Assembly: GCA_963666315.2 (NCBI GenBank)
Contig: CAXXHG010000046.1
Coordinates: forward strand, 12,131 to 76,130
Length of the DNA: 64,000 bases
Source of the DNA: Candidatus Binatia bacterium
GTDB lineage: Bacteria; Desulfobacterota; Binatia; Bin18
Direction: 5' to 3'
Of this stretch, positions 54,232 to 63,271 are shown piece after piece. The translations under genes and the position numbers were made by a program. Under the pieces are notes generated by a model that saw only the letters and a program-made list of their open reading frames with translations, made no database searches and was not told the DNA's origin. Within the stretch, counting starts at the first letter, position 1. The number at the start of each line of letters is the position of its first letter.

Positions 54232-56256
54232 ATGCCGGACCAAAAACAGTTTTCGCGAACCTATTACGATAAAGCCAATGAAGAAGAGGCATTTAAGGAC
54301 TACGCCCCGTTCCGGTACGGCAAAGTCGAGCAAGATCCAACTGTCGCAGCGCGTGTCGAAGCGCTGCGGAGAGACCTCGACCCCATCCTAGTAGACATTG
54401 TGGATGGTGGGATTGAAGCTGCCATTATGGAGGCAGAAGCCGCAGTCGAACGCACCGCCCGGTCCACCATTATTCGGGAACAGCATGACTACCGGGCGTC
54501 GCTCAATACACTCGATTGCCTGTCTGTCTCGCGAGTCTCATGGGCGGCTACCGCTGATCCGATTCGGATGAAATTTCCGGTTGAGAAGATCTTGGAAGGT
54601 GACGCTTTCATCTACAACGACGTGTACGAATCTGCTGGGACCATAGGCCATCTGCCCGACTACTGCATCGTCACCCCCATCTTTTGGGACCAGCGGCTGA
54701 TCGGATTTGCCCAGATTTTCGGTCATGTGAATGACGTTGGCGGACGCATGGCGGGTTCTTGGCCCAATACCTCAACCAGTATTTTCGAGGAAGGGACCAT
54801 CTGCCCGCCCGTCAAGTTGTACGAAAAAGGTCAGCTCAACGAAGGACTGTACGATGTCCTGCTCAGGAACAGCCGTTTTCCTGAGGACCTACGTGGAGAC
54901 ATTGACGCTTTTGTTGGCGCGAATGAAGTCATCCGACGCCGCATTACTGAATTATGCGAACGCTTTGGTGGTGATGAAGTAGAAGTCGCCTTTTATGAGA
55001 TTATTGATCGCTGTGCTGAAATCGTACGCGAGAAGGGTCTCGCCCTCTTCCCTGAAGGAGAATTCACGGGTGAGGATTTTATTGAAAACGACGGTCTGAC
55101 TTTAGACAAGCCAGTCAAGCTCCAGATCACCATGCGCAAGTATCCGGACAAGATGATTCTGGATTTCGAGGGGACCAGTCCCCAAGCCAAGGGTCCCATT
55201 AATTGGCCGGTGGATGGTCGCCATTACTCCAAGTGGCTCGGCGCGTTCTTTAAAGCCCAGATTCCTGGCATCATTATCAACGAAGGTGTTACCCAAGTCT
55301 TTCGTTGTCGTATTCCTCAGCGGACGATTTTGAGCCCGGAGTTTCCCGCTCCGGTTGTGAGTCGTATGACCTGCATGTTGCGCATGATTAGTGCCTACAC
55401 AGTTGCGCTGGCCAAAGCCTTTGACGGAGAAGTTGTCGCCGACATGCAGAACATTCAGATCTATGGCCTGTACGGACAGGACTTTGACGGCAACTTATTT
55501 CTCATGCGCGAAATTTTTGGCGCAGGGTCTGGGGCTCGACCATATGCCGACGGCACCGATGTCGTAGATCTTGTCCCGTATTCGAAAAACCTCCCTGCCG
55601 AATTCATCGAACAGCGCTTTCCAGTCGAAGTGTTGCGGGTCGGTTTAGCAACTGATTCAGGTGGGGCAGGCAAGTATCGTGGCGGCCTCGGCTATGAAAA
55701 GGAGATTCGAACGCTTGTCGACGGCCATTATCTGACGGTCACCGAACGCACTGCCTTTGCCTGCACAGGCATCAAAGGCGGCAAATGGGGCGCTCCGAGT
55801 TCCTGTATTAAGAACCCTGGAACACCACAAGAAGAGCACGTCTATTTCAGCCGTGACGCCATCCCTGTGAAAGCTGGTGACATCGTTCGCCTCACCACGC
55901 CAGGCGGTGGTGGTTGGGGCGATCCGTTAGAACGTGAAATCGAAGCCGTCCGAATGGATGTGATACGTCAGCTCGTTTCCCTTGAAAGTGCACAGCGGGA
56001 TTATGGTGTGGTCATGGACCCGGTCTCGCATGAAGTCGATCAGTCAGGTACAGAAAAACTCCGCAAACGTAGTGCCGAAGAACGCGGACCGGTCAAACTC
56101 ATCGACCGTGGGCCGTATGCAGAGACGTTAATCAAAAAGGGATTGCTGGAGGTTTCCGACCCAGAGCTTGAGTGTCTCAGTTGTGCGGACGACAAAATTT
56201 TAGACAAGTATTGGAAGGATCTGTATAAGTATACGGTAAGACCTTTGAGCGGATAG
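54232..56256 (+). CDS. Hydantoinase B/oxoprolinase-type subunit (HyuB / acetone-carboxylase-alpha-like, long form)
   Basis: DAFIYNDVYESAGTIGHLPDY, FGHVNDVGG and TTPGGGGWGDP are present. At 674 aa it has N- and C-terminal extensions relative to ordinary HyuB. Confidence 0.93.
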   Translation: MPDQKQFSRTYYDKANEEEAFKDYAPFRYGKVEQDPTVAARVEALRRDLDPILVDIVDGGIEAAIMEAEAAVERTARSTIIREQHDYRASLNTLDCLSVSRVSWAATADPIRMKFPVEKILEGDAFIYNDVYESAGTIGHLPDYCIVTPIFWDQRLIGFAQIFGHVNDVGGRMAGSWPNTSTSIFEEGTICPPVKLYEKGQLNEGLYDVLLRNSRFPEDLRGDIDAFVGANEVIRRRITELCERFGGDEVEVAFYEIIDRCAEIVREKGLALFPEGEFTGEDFIENDGLTLDKPVKLQITMRKYPDKMILDFEGTSPQAKGPINWPVDGRHYSKWLGAFFKAQIPGIIINEGVTQVFRCRIPQRTILSPEFPAPVVSRMTCMLRMISAYTVALAKAFDGEVVADMQNIQIYGLYGQDFDGNLFLMREIFGAGSGARPYADGTDVVDLVPYSKNLPAEFIEQRFPVEVLRVGLATDSGGAGKYRGGLGYEKEIRTLVDGHYLTVTERTAFACTGIKGGKWGAPSSCIKNPGTPQEEHVYFSRDAIPVKAGDIVRLTTPGGGGWGDPLEREIEAVRMDVIRQLVSLESAQRDYGVVMDPVSHEVDQSGTEKLRKRSAEERGPVKLIDRGPYAETLIKKGLLEVSDPELECLSCADDKILDKYWKDLYKYTVRPLSG

Positions 56257-56386
56257 AGATCGTAGAATGGGGCTAGCGTAACGCGACCTGCCACAAATAG
56301 GGTGAGTCATTGAGCCAGTCTACTTCGCTGAGTGTTTTTATCTTTCCTTGAGCATCCTTATTGCATATTTTAATAGAATATTAATT

Positions 56387-56575
56387 ATGGAAACCATCTC
56401 TCTCAAGTTATCCGAAGAACTGCTCAAAACGAGTGGCCAATGCGCCGAGTTCCTCCAGTTATCGAGAGCCGAATACATTCGCCGATCTATCGCGAGGATG
56501 AATAGCGATACCCGCAAACAGCGCCGAGCTAAACGGTTTGCCGATGCCTCCGAGGTCTTGTCAATAAGTGTGTAA
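56387..56575 (+). CDS. Ribbon-helix-helix (CopG/antitoxin-like) protein, orphan
   Basis: METISLKLSEELLKTSGQCAEFLQLSRAEYIRRSIARM is a classic RHH pattern. No toxin ORF follows. Confidence 0.6.
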   Translation: METISLKLSEELLKTSGQCAEFLQLSRAEYIRRSIARMNSDTRKQRRAKRFADASEVLSISV

Positions 56576-56586
56576 ACAGCAGAGCT

Positions 56587-56620
56587 GGCGGGGCGGGCGG
56601 CTTACGCCGCTCGCCCCGCC
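56587..56620. other. GC-rich 15-bp hairpin (one mismatch)
   Basis: GGCGGGGCGGGCGGC-ttac-GCCGCTCGCCCCGCC, immediately after the RHH gene and immediately before the beheaded hyuB copy. Confidence 0.7.
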
Positions 56621-56652
56621 CCCCAAAGGCCGAAGGGCCACAGGACGACTAG

Positions 56653-58315
56653 CGGACGCAACGAAAACCAATAACGCTGTTCGCGTCCGACGGCCCGATC
56701 TTCGACGAGGCCCTAGATTTTACCTGTGCGATTGCATCCCCAAAAGGAGAAATGCTTGCGGTTGCCGAATTTTGCCCAGCCCAGATTGGTGGCATGCCGC
56801 TCCTGATTCGTTCCTGTCTGCAAGAAATCCCTCGGGAAGAGATCGAGCCGGGAGACGTCTTGGTGCACAACGACCCCTATCGGGGCGGGCTGCATACACC
56901 TGAGCATACCCTCTTTTGCCCGGTCTACGTTGACGATGAACTGATGGCCTTTAGCGTCGCCATCGGCCATATCGCCGAGGTTGGGGGCATGGTGCCCGGC
57001 GGCTTCCCAGCTGAGGCAACCGAGATTTTCTATGAGGGCATCCGCGTCCCGCCGGTTAAAATCAGAAAGCGGGGCAAAGATGTCGCAGAGGTCTGGAAGA
57101 TGTGGCTCGCGAACGTTCGGACGCCTCGTTACAACAATGGAGATATGCGGGCCTTGATTGCAGGCGTCGAGGTTGGCACTGACCGACTGACCCGGATCAT
57201 CAACAAATACGGCCGTGAGGTGTTCCGTACGACCTGTCGCGACCTCATGGATTATTCAGAAGCGCGCATGCGCGCAGAAATCAGCGCTATTCCTAACGGC
57301 AAATATTACTTTGTAGACTATATGGATAACGACGGAGTGTCGGATTCAGAGATCCGCATTGAAACCAACTGCTACGTCCAGGATGAGACTATTGTGGTTG
57401 ATTTCACGGGCAGCAAGCCCCAAGTCCGGGGTCCGATCAATGCCACGCTGGGCGTCACCTGGTCGGCATCGTATAATGCCATCCTGCACTTGACTGACCC
57501 ATCCATCCCCAAGAACTCCGGCTGCTTTCGGCCCATAAAAGTCATTGCGCCCCAAGGCACCATCGTCAATGTTGACTATCCCGCCCCGGAGGTCGGCGGG
57601 AATACAGAAACCCATCCTCGTATCGCCGGTGTCGTCATAGGCGCGCTCGCTCAAGCCACGCCGGAACGTGCCATGGCGGCGGAAGGCGGCACTCATCTGA
57701 ATTTTGTGTTCGGCGGACATGATAAGAAAAATGATGAGTATTTTGCCTGCTATGACATTGAGACCGTCGGCTGGGGCGCCCGCCCATTTGCGGATGGGAA
57801 TGATGCCACCGATTCTATTAAGGGTAATTGCCGGGTGATCCCGGTGGAAGTGTATGAGACGCGCTATCCGTGGCTGACGGAAGAATACAGCCTGCGTCCG
57901 GACTCGGGGGGAGCGGGCCAATACCGAGACGGATTGGGGACGCGCAAGGTCTGGCGGTGTATAGATGCGGAAATCACCTGCAGTCAGCTCACCTACCGAC
58001 ATGAGCATCAAGCCTGGGGTTTGCACGGCGGTGGGAAGGGCGCACCCCGACAAACCTTATTCAAAGCCGCCGAGAGTGAGACATGGCAGACTATGGTCGA
58101 AGCGTTTCAGAAACGCTCAACCAAGCAAATGGTCGAATGTTCGTATCCAGCCCGGCGACCGGATACAACTCTTAACTCCCGGCGGAGGTGGGTGGCGTAA
58201 TCCGCGAGAACACGATCCCACCCTGATTGAAGAAGACCTGGCCGAAGGCTGGGTCAGCCCAGAGGCCGCCCGGACCGAGTACGGCCTTGAGCGCGGCGTT
58301 AATCGGAAGAGGTAA
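56653..58315 (+). pseudogene. Second HyuB-type gene: 5'-truncated and frameshifted
   Basis: The frame opens after TAG 56650-56652 as RTQRKPITLFASDGPIFDEALDFTCAIASPKGEMLAVA..., which is HyuB residues ~60 onward. VLVHNDPYRGGLHTPEH and IGHIAEVGG are present. Near 58093-58137 the frame changes, and the conserved end IQPGDRIQLLTPGGGGWRNP...VSPEAARTEYG is in the +1 frame. Confidence 0.8.
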
Positions 58316-58320
58316 GGAAT

Positions 58321-58533
58321 TTGCGATTTTCTGAGAACGGCTATTATATCGAACGCTATGTGAAGTGTGATAACTGCGGCGTCCTTATCTACGATGAGAG
58401 CATTCCGGTCCAGCAACAAGAACATGGTGCCATGATTTTTTGTTCTGCCTGCTGCCAAGAATGGAAGGCCCAAAAACTAACAGGCGTAGATAGACCACAG
58501 GTTTCCATTGCATTTGAGGCGGATGGCTCATGA
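58321..58533 (+). CDS. Small Cys-rich (CxxC...CxxCC, TRASH/zinc-ribbon-like) hypothetical protein
   Basis: TTG start. Reads VKCDNCGVLIYDESIPVQQQEHGAMIFCSACCQEW. Confidence 0.35.
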   Translation: MRFSENGYYIERYVKCDNCGVLIYDESIPVQQQEHGAMIFCSACCQEWKAQKLTGVDRPQVSIAFEADGS

Positions 58534-58591
58534 AACACAGCAGGCGAACCCACCTTCCTAGCTCAGCATGGCGAAAAAAAGGAGAGACGTT

Positions 58592-58987
58592 ATGCGTATT
58601 GAAGCTAACAAACAACTCGTTCGCGACGCGTATGCATCAATCTCCGCCGGCAACCTCGGCGGATTTATGGACCGCCTCAGCGATGACGTGACCTGGACGT
58701 TTTTCGGCTCCCACCGTTTCGCAAAAACGTTCAACGGCAAAGAGGACATCACCCGGAATCTATTCGACGTCCTGGGCGCCCAGCTTGAGGGCAGCCTCAC
58801 CGTCAACGTGAAAAATCTCGTTGCCGAAGGGAATCAAGTCGTGGTCGAGGCGCTCGGCGAGTCGCGCACCAAGGACGGACGAGACTATAACAACATCTAT
58901 TGTCTCGTCCTCAGACTCGAAGACGAGAAAATTGCGGAGATTCGCGAATATTTGGATACTGAGCTGGTCAAAAGCATCTTTGGTTAA
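58592..58987 (+). CDS. NTF2/SnoaL-like (ketosteroid-isomerase-fold) protein
   Basis: GGAGA-N7-ATG at 58592. Reads NKQLVRDAYASISAGNLGGFMDRLSDDVTWTFFG...EGNQVVVEALGESRTKDGRDYNNIYCLVLRLEDEKIAEIREYLDT. Confidence 0.75.
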   Translation: MRIEANKQLVRDAYASISAGNLGGFMDRLSDDVTWTFFGSHRFAKTFNGKEDITRNLFDVLGAQLEGSLTVNVKNLVAEGNQVVVEALGESRTKDGRDYNNIYCLVLRLEDEKIAEIREYLDTELVKSIFG

Positions 58988-59004
58988 TAGGCCAAGGGGA
59001 CAGC

Positions 59005-59769
59005 ATGGCGGAAGAAATCTTATACGAGCATCGTGGACGTGTTGTCATTATCACCATCAACCGTCCCGAGTCGCGCAACGCGATCAATATCGGCGTGCGC
59101 GAGGGTTTGTTTGCGGCCTGGGGACGTTTTGAAAAAGACACTGCTGCGCGTGCGGCTATCCTCACTGGCGCAGGAGACAAAGCCTTTTGCGCGGGAGCGG
59201 ATTTGAAGGAGATGTCGCACAAGAAGCTGGGCGTACTTCCGCGCAATTTCATGCCGACGCTCAACATGAACGTTCACGTCACCAAGCCGGTGATCGCGGC
59301 GGTGAACGGGGTCGCGTATGCAGGCGGTTGGGCGCTGGTGCAGATGTGTGACATTGTCATGGCTTCTGAAACCGCACGCTTCGCCATCACCGAGGCCAAA
59401 GTCGGTCGTGGTATGCCCTGGGCGGTTCCGCTCACACATTTGATTCCGCAAAAGGTATTACTCGAAATTCTCATGACGGGCGATCCGGTCAGCGCCCAGC
59501 GCGCCTACGAGATCGGCTTTGTGAATCATGTCGTTCCTGCGGACCAGCTCATGCCCAAAGCGCTGGAGATCGCCGCAGCCATTGCCGAGAATGCACCCCT
59601 CACCGTCGCTGCGGCCAAAGAGATGGTGTATATGGCAACCGATATGGGCCGCCAAGCCGGGCTTGAGGCGGCCCGCCACCTCTTTGAGCATGTCTATAGT
59701 AGTGATGACGCCCAGGAAGGGCCACGCGCGTTTGCACAGAAGCGCAAGCCCAACTGGAAGGGCCGCTAA
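59005..59769 (+). CDS. Enoyl-CoA hydratase/isomerase (crotonase) family protein
   Basis: ITINRPESRNAI, LTGAGDKAFCAGADLKE, IAAVNGVAYAGGWAL and EGPRAFAQKRKP are present. Confidence 0.92.
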   Translation: MAEEILYEHRGRVVIITINRPESRNAINIGVREGLFAAWGRFEKDTAARAAILTGAGDKAFCAGADLKEMSHKKLGVLPRNFMPTLNMNVHVTKPVIAAVNGVAYAGGWALVQMCDIVMASETARFAITEAKVGRGMPWAVPLTHLIPQKVLLEILMTGDPVSAQRAYEIGFVNHVVPADQLMPKALEIAAAIAENAPLTVAAAKEMVYMATDMGRQAGLEAARHLFEHVYSSDDAQEGPRAFAQKRKPNWKGR

Positions 59770-60028
59770 CGACTACGAGTATTTGGTTCAAAAAAAGTAG
59801 GTCTTGAAGGACCCACCCTACACGCCTGACGACTCAACCAGGCGTAACCGACACCTGCTCCTCTCCACACTGTTGTCAATTTGGATATTTTTTATCATTA
59901 TCGAACCAGCATTGGAATAGTTATGAGTTGCCAACCAGCCGGGGGTAAGGCTGGACGATCATCATCTGTGACTAGGTCCAGCTTCTTCATTCTCAGGAAA
60001 ATCGTAGCTCTCGCGAAGGAGGAAGAAG

Positions 60029-60811
60029 ATGGCTGTTGACCCTAGGCTGCCGCGTAAAATTTTGGTCGTCCATGACGTTCAGACTTCCACGGACGCCCAG
60101 CAAAACCAACATAAAAAAATTGAGGCGCTTGTGAAGGACCGCCTCAACGGACTGCCGATCAATTTTGCGACCGAGATGTACCGTTACGAGAATCTGAATG
60201 ATGCAGCCCAAAAAAAGTTCCGCACAGTTCTCAATCTCTTCCTGACGCCGCTGAAGGCCGAGGTTCCTCTCGGTTGGGTCGATCCTGCGATAGATCTTGT
60301 GGGAGATGTGGTGATCGCACTCAAGGACGATTCAACCGCAGCCAAGATCCGTAAGGGTCTTTCGAACCGTATCCTGCAAATCTATGACAAAGGCAATCCA
60401 TGCTACGTCGTGGCCCATAGTCTGGGCTCTATCTATGCATTCGTTGTCATTAATCAGCTCATTACGGAAAATGGCCTCTTTGATCGCGATCGTCGCCGAA
60501 CCTGGCCGGTGCAGGGCTTAGTGACCATAGGCTCGCCGGTCGGCTTGTCCATGTTTAAACGCAACAAAGTCAAGAATATGGGGCCGGGCAGAAAGCTTCT
60601 GCGTTGGATCAATTACTGCGATCGAACCGATCCGGTTGTGAGTGGCTCCTTCTACGGAAAGCCCCACCAAGGCTACACTATTGTAGAACGCTTCAGCCAA
60701 GACGGACCCGATACCGGCTGGTTTATCCAGGATCGCGTCGTCGATATTGGCCGAGCCTGGCTGCTGGCCCACTTCGGCTATTGGGATCACCCTGCGATTG
60801 GAGATGCCTGA
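60029..60811 (+). CDS. Alpha/beta-hydrolase-fold (lipase/esterase-like) hypothetical protein
   Basis: Nucleophile-elbow-like VVAHSLGS and the later TIGSPVG. No signal peptide. Confidence 0.45.
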   Translation: MAVDPRLPRKILVVHDVQTSTDAQQNQHKKIEALVKDRLNGLPINFATEMYRYENLNDAAQKKFRTVLNLFLTPLKAEVPLGWVDPAIDLVGDVVIALKDDSTAAKIRKGLSNRILQIYDKGNPCYVVAHSLGSIYAFVVINQLITENGLFDRDRRRTWPVQGLVTIGSPVGLSMFKRNKVKNMGPGRKLLRWINYCDRTDPVVSGSFYGKPHQGYTIVERFSQDGPDTGWFIQDRVVDIGRAWLLAHFGYWDHPAIGDA

Positions 60812-60847
60812 TTACGCTTATCTCCAGCTAAAAGGAAGGGAAGACTC

Positions 60848-61210
60848 ATGAAAAAAATACTCGGGCTGACTCTCCTTGTAGTGGTCATCTCAAGTTGTAC
60901 GACGTATCAGTACCATGGCCGGATCAATGCCAAGAACAGCACCGGTGAAAATGCCCAAGTACTGGCATATTGGCAGGCTACGCATCGTACGCTCTGGTAT
61001 GACACGTATGCGGGAGCCGTCCGGGTGAAGACCCAGTGCAGTCCACCCACGCTCGTCTTCAATGAACGCGAAGACGGTATCGTCGCGCTGTGGGAGCCAG
61101 GTCTTGTCAAAGAAGACGGCAGTGGAGGAAGGGGGACCATTTGCGGGCGGGTGATTGGCGCGAAGCGGATTCAAGACTTAGAAACCGGGCCGCTCCAGAT
61201 CGAGGTCTAA
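60848..61210 (+). CDS. Hypothetical lipoprotein
   Basis: MKKILGLTLLVVVISSC is a signal peptide with a lipobox-like ISSC; 120 aa. Confidence 0.5.
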   Translation: MKKILGLTLLVVVISSCTTYQYHGRINAKNSTGENAQVLAYWQATHRTLWYDTYAGAVRVKTQCSPPTLVFNEREDGIVALWEPGLVKEDGSGGRGTICGRVIGAKRIQDLETGPLQIEV

Positions 61211-61369
61211 TGTAAAGCCGAGGTAGATGAGTTCGATGTCACTTCTGTGGACTCTTCTTTTATCGTACCACAGGCCACGCCGTATACCTTCCAGATATCC
61301 AGAGAAAAGGGCAAAGACGCTCCCCCGGTTTCGAGATGTGTGCGGTAGAGGGCTGTGGAGCGCAGAATC

Positions 61370-61399
61370 GTAGGGCGGGTTAAACGCAGAGCAACCCAC
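61370..61399. repeat. REP-like unit (inverse orientation of the 16476-16552 type)
   Basis: GTAGGGCGGGTTAAACGCAGAGCAACCCAC shares GTAGGG-GGGTTA..GC....GC.AACCCAC with the reverse complement of the units at 16476-16552. Confidence 0.5.
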
Positions 61400-61408
61400 T
61401 AAAAGAAA

Positions 61409-61446
61409 AGGTGGGTCCCTTCAGACGTTTTAAAGGACCCATCCTA
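61409..61446 (-). terminator. Rho-independent terminator of the CoA-transferase gene
   Basis: On the minus strand it reads GGATGGGTCCTTT-aaaacgtctg-AAGGGACCCACC followed by TTTTCTTTT. Confidence 0.65.
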
Positions 61447-61465
61447 GCCTCAAAAATCCAGCAGC

Positions 61466-62626
61466 TTACTTTCCCGCAGCCCGGACGCCGATCGCGCCGC
61501 ACCCACGAAGTTGCTCGACCTCCGCGGCATTAAAACCCCAATCGCGTAACGCTTCTTCGGTATGCTGACCAGGACTGGCAGGCGGACCCTGGATAGCGCT
61601 GGGGGTACGGCTAAAACGGGGTGCCGGGGCCGGTTGTGGAACGCCGTCGACCTCGACAAAGGTTCCCCGTTCTTGGTTATGCGGATGACTCGGCGCTTCC
61701 CCCATATTAAGGACAGGCGCGAAGCATATATCGCTCCCCTCGAGCAGCTCATTCCACTCAGCCCGTGTCTTGGTCTTGAAAATAACCGCTAATTTCTGTG
61801 TTAAGTCCGGCCATTCAGAGCGATCATTCTGAGGCGGCAGCTCTTCTCGTTCCAATCCGGTCAGGCGTAGCAGTTCGGCATAGAACTTGGGCTCAATCGA
61901 ACCGATGGAGATATATTGCTCATCGCTGGTTTCGTACACATTGTAATAATGTGCGCCAGTGTCCAGAATATTTTCTCCGCGATTATCCGTCCACTTCCCA
62001 GCCGCGCGTAAACCATAGATCGCAGTCATGAGCGAGGCTGCCCCATCAATCATGGCCACGTCGATGACCTGGCCTTTACCCGACTTCTGCGTTTCCAGCA
62101 GCGCGCCGACCACACCCAGGGCAAGAAAGACACCACCCCCACCGAAGTCGCCGACCAGGTTGAGCGGGGGAAGCGGGGCTTCACCTCGTCGGCCAATAGA
62201 GTGCAATGCGCCTGTCAAGGCAATATAGTTAATGTCATGGCCGACCATCTTGGCCAGCGGCCCTTCCTGCCCCCAGCCAGTCATGCGTCCAAAGACCAGA
62301 CGCGGGTTTCGTCCCAGGCACACGTCCGGGCCAAGTCCCAAACGTTCCATAACCCCAGGTCGAAAGCCTTCGATCACGGCATCGGCCTGCTCGATGAGTT
62401 TGAGCGCGGCCTCGGTGCCTTCTTTCTTCTTGAGATCAATCGCGACGGAACGGCGGCCACGACCCAGCAGGTTGAACTTGGCATCCATCGCAATGCCCAG
62501 ATTTGCATCCGCTGCCCGGTCTATCAGTAATACCTCGGCTCCCATATCCGAAAGCAGCATGCCACACATTGGCGCAGGACCGATGCCCGCGAATTCCACG
62601 ACTTTGTACCCAGATAATACGCCCAT
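61466..62626 (-). CDS. Family III CoA-transferase (CaiB/BaiF / alpha-methylacyl-CoA-racemase-like)
   Basis: LSGYKVVEFAGIGPAPMCGMLLSDMGAEVLLIDR, FRPGVMERLGLG and the GHDINY motif are present; 386 aa. Confidence 0.92.
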   Translation of the reverse strand: MGVLSGYKVVEFAGIGPAPMCGMLLSDMGAEVLLIDRAADANLGIAMDAKFNLLGRGRRSVAIDLKKKEGTEAALKLIEQADAVIEGFRPGVMERLGLGPDVCLGRNPRLVFGRMTGWGQEGPLAKMVGHDINYIALTGALHSIGRRGEAPLPPLNLVGDFGGGGVFLALGVVGALLETQKSGKGQVIDVAMIDGAASLMTAIYGLRAAGKWTDNRGENILDTGAHYYNVYETSDEQYISIGSIEPKFYAELLRLTGLEREELPPQNDRSEWPDLTQKLAVIFKTKTRAEWNELLEGSDICFAPVLNMGEAPSHPHNQERGTFVEVDGVPQPAPAPRFSRTPSAIQGPPASPGQHTEEALRDWGFNAAEVEQLRGCGAIGVRAAGK

Positions 62627-62815
62627 GACTTCTCCCTCCTAAATCATCAGATCTACCCGAAACTCTACAAATAGATCAGATCATCATATTGAAAGACTAT
62701 TGACTGCTCCGTCACAAAATTGCAAGACGTTCTATTAAGAACCCCAGCCAGGAGCTAGTAGTCTCGTCGCCATACACAAAATCCCACAGGCCACGAGAGC
62801 GAAAGGAATAAGATC

Positions 62816-63190
62816 ATGACTACAGAAGAAGAACGCAACATTGAAGTTGCGAAGCGCTACGAAGACCTTTACAACACCGATATCGAGCGCTTCGTGCACG
62901 AGTGCTACACATCCGACTGCGAGGTGAATGGCGGTTTTATCCGCGGACACGAGCCATTCGTTAAAGTCGAACGCGACGTGCTTGAGGCAGCACCCAAACG
63001 AAAAATGCGCGTTGATCGCAGGCATGCAACCGGAAACGTCGTCGTTGTCGAGGCTGTGCTGCTCGACCCGGACCAGGGCGAGGACTGGAATTTACCTTTC
63101 TGCGCGGTGCTGACGTGTCGGGACGGGAAGATTGCTACAGATTGGACCTACGCCGAATTCTCGAAATGGCCGGGACTGACAGGGCTTTAA
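62816..63190 (+). CDS. NTF2/SnoaL-like protein
   Basis: ERNIEVAKRYEDLYNTDIERFVHECYTSDCEV...GNVVVVEAVLLD...FCAVLTCRDGKIATDWTY. Confidence 0.7.
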   Translation: MTTEEERNIEVAKRYEDLYNTDIERFVHECYTSDCEVNGGFIRGHEPFVKVERDVLEAAPKRKMRVDRRHATGNVVVVEAVLLDPDQGEDWNLPFCAVLTCRDGKIATDWTYAEFSKWPGLTGL

Positions 63191-63271
63191 CCGATACGGA
63201 GCAGGTCGGTGCCGTCGCATTCGCTTGAGCGGCACCGATAACATCCAGATTCCCGCCCTAGGAAAAGAGGC

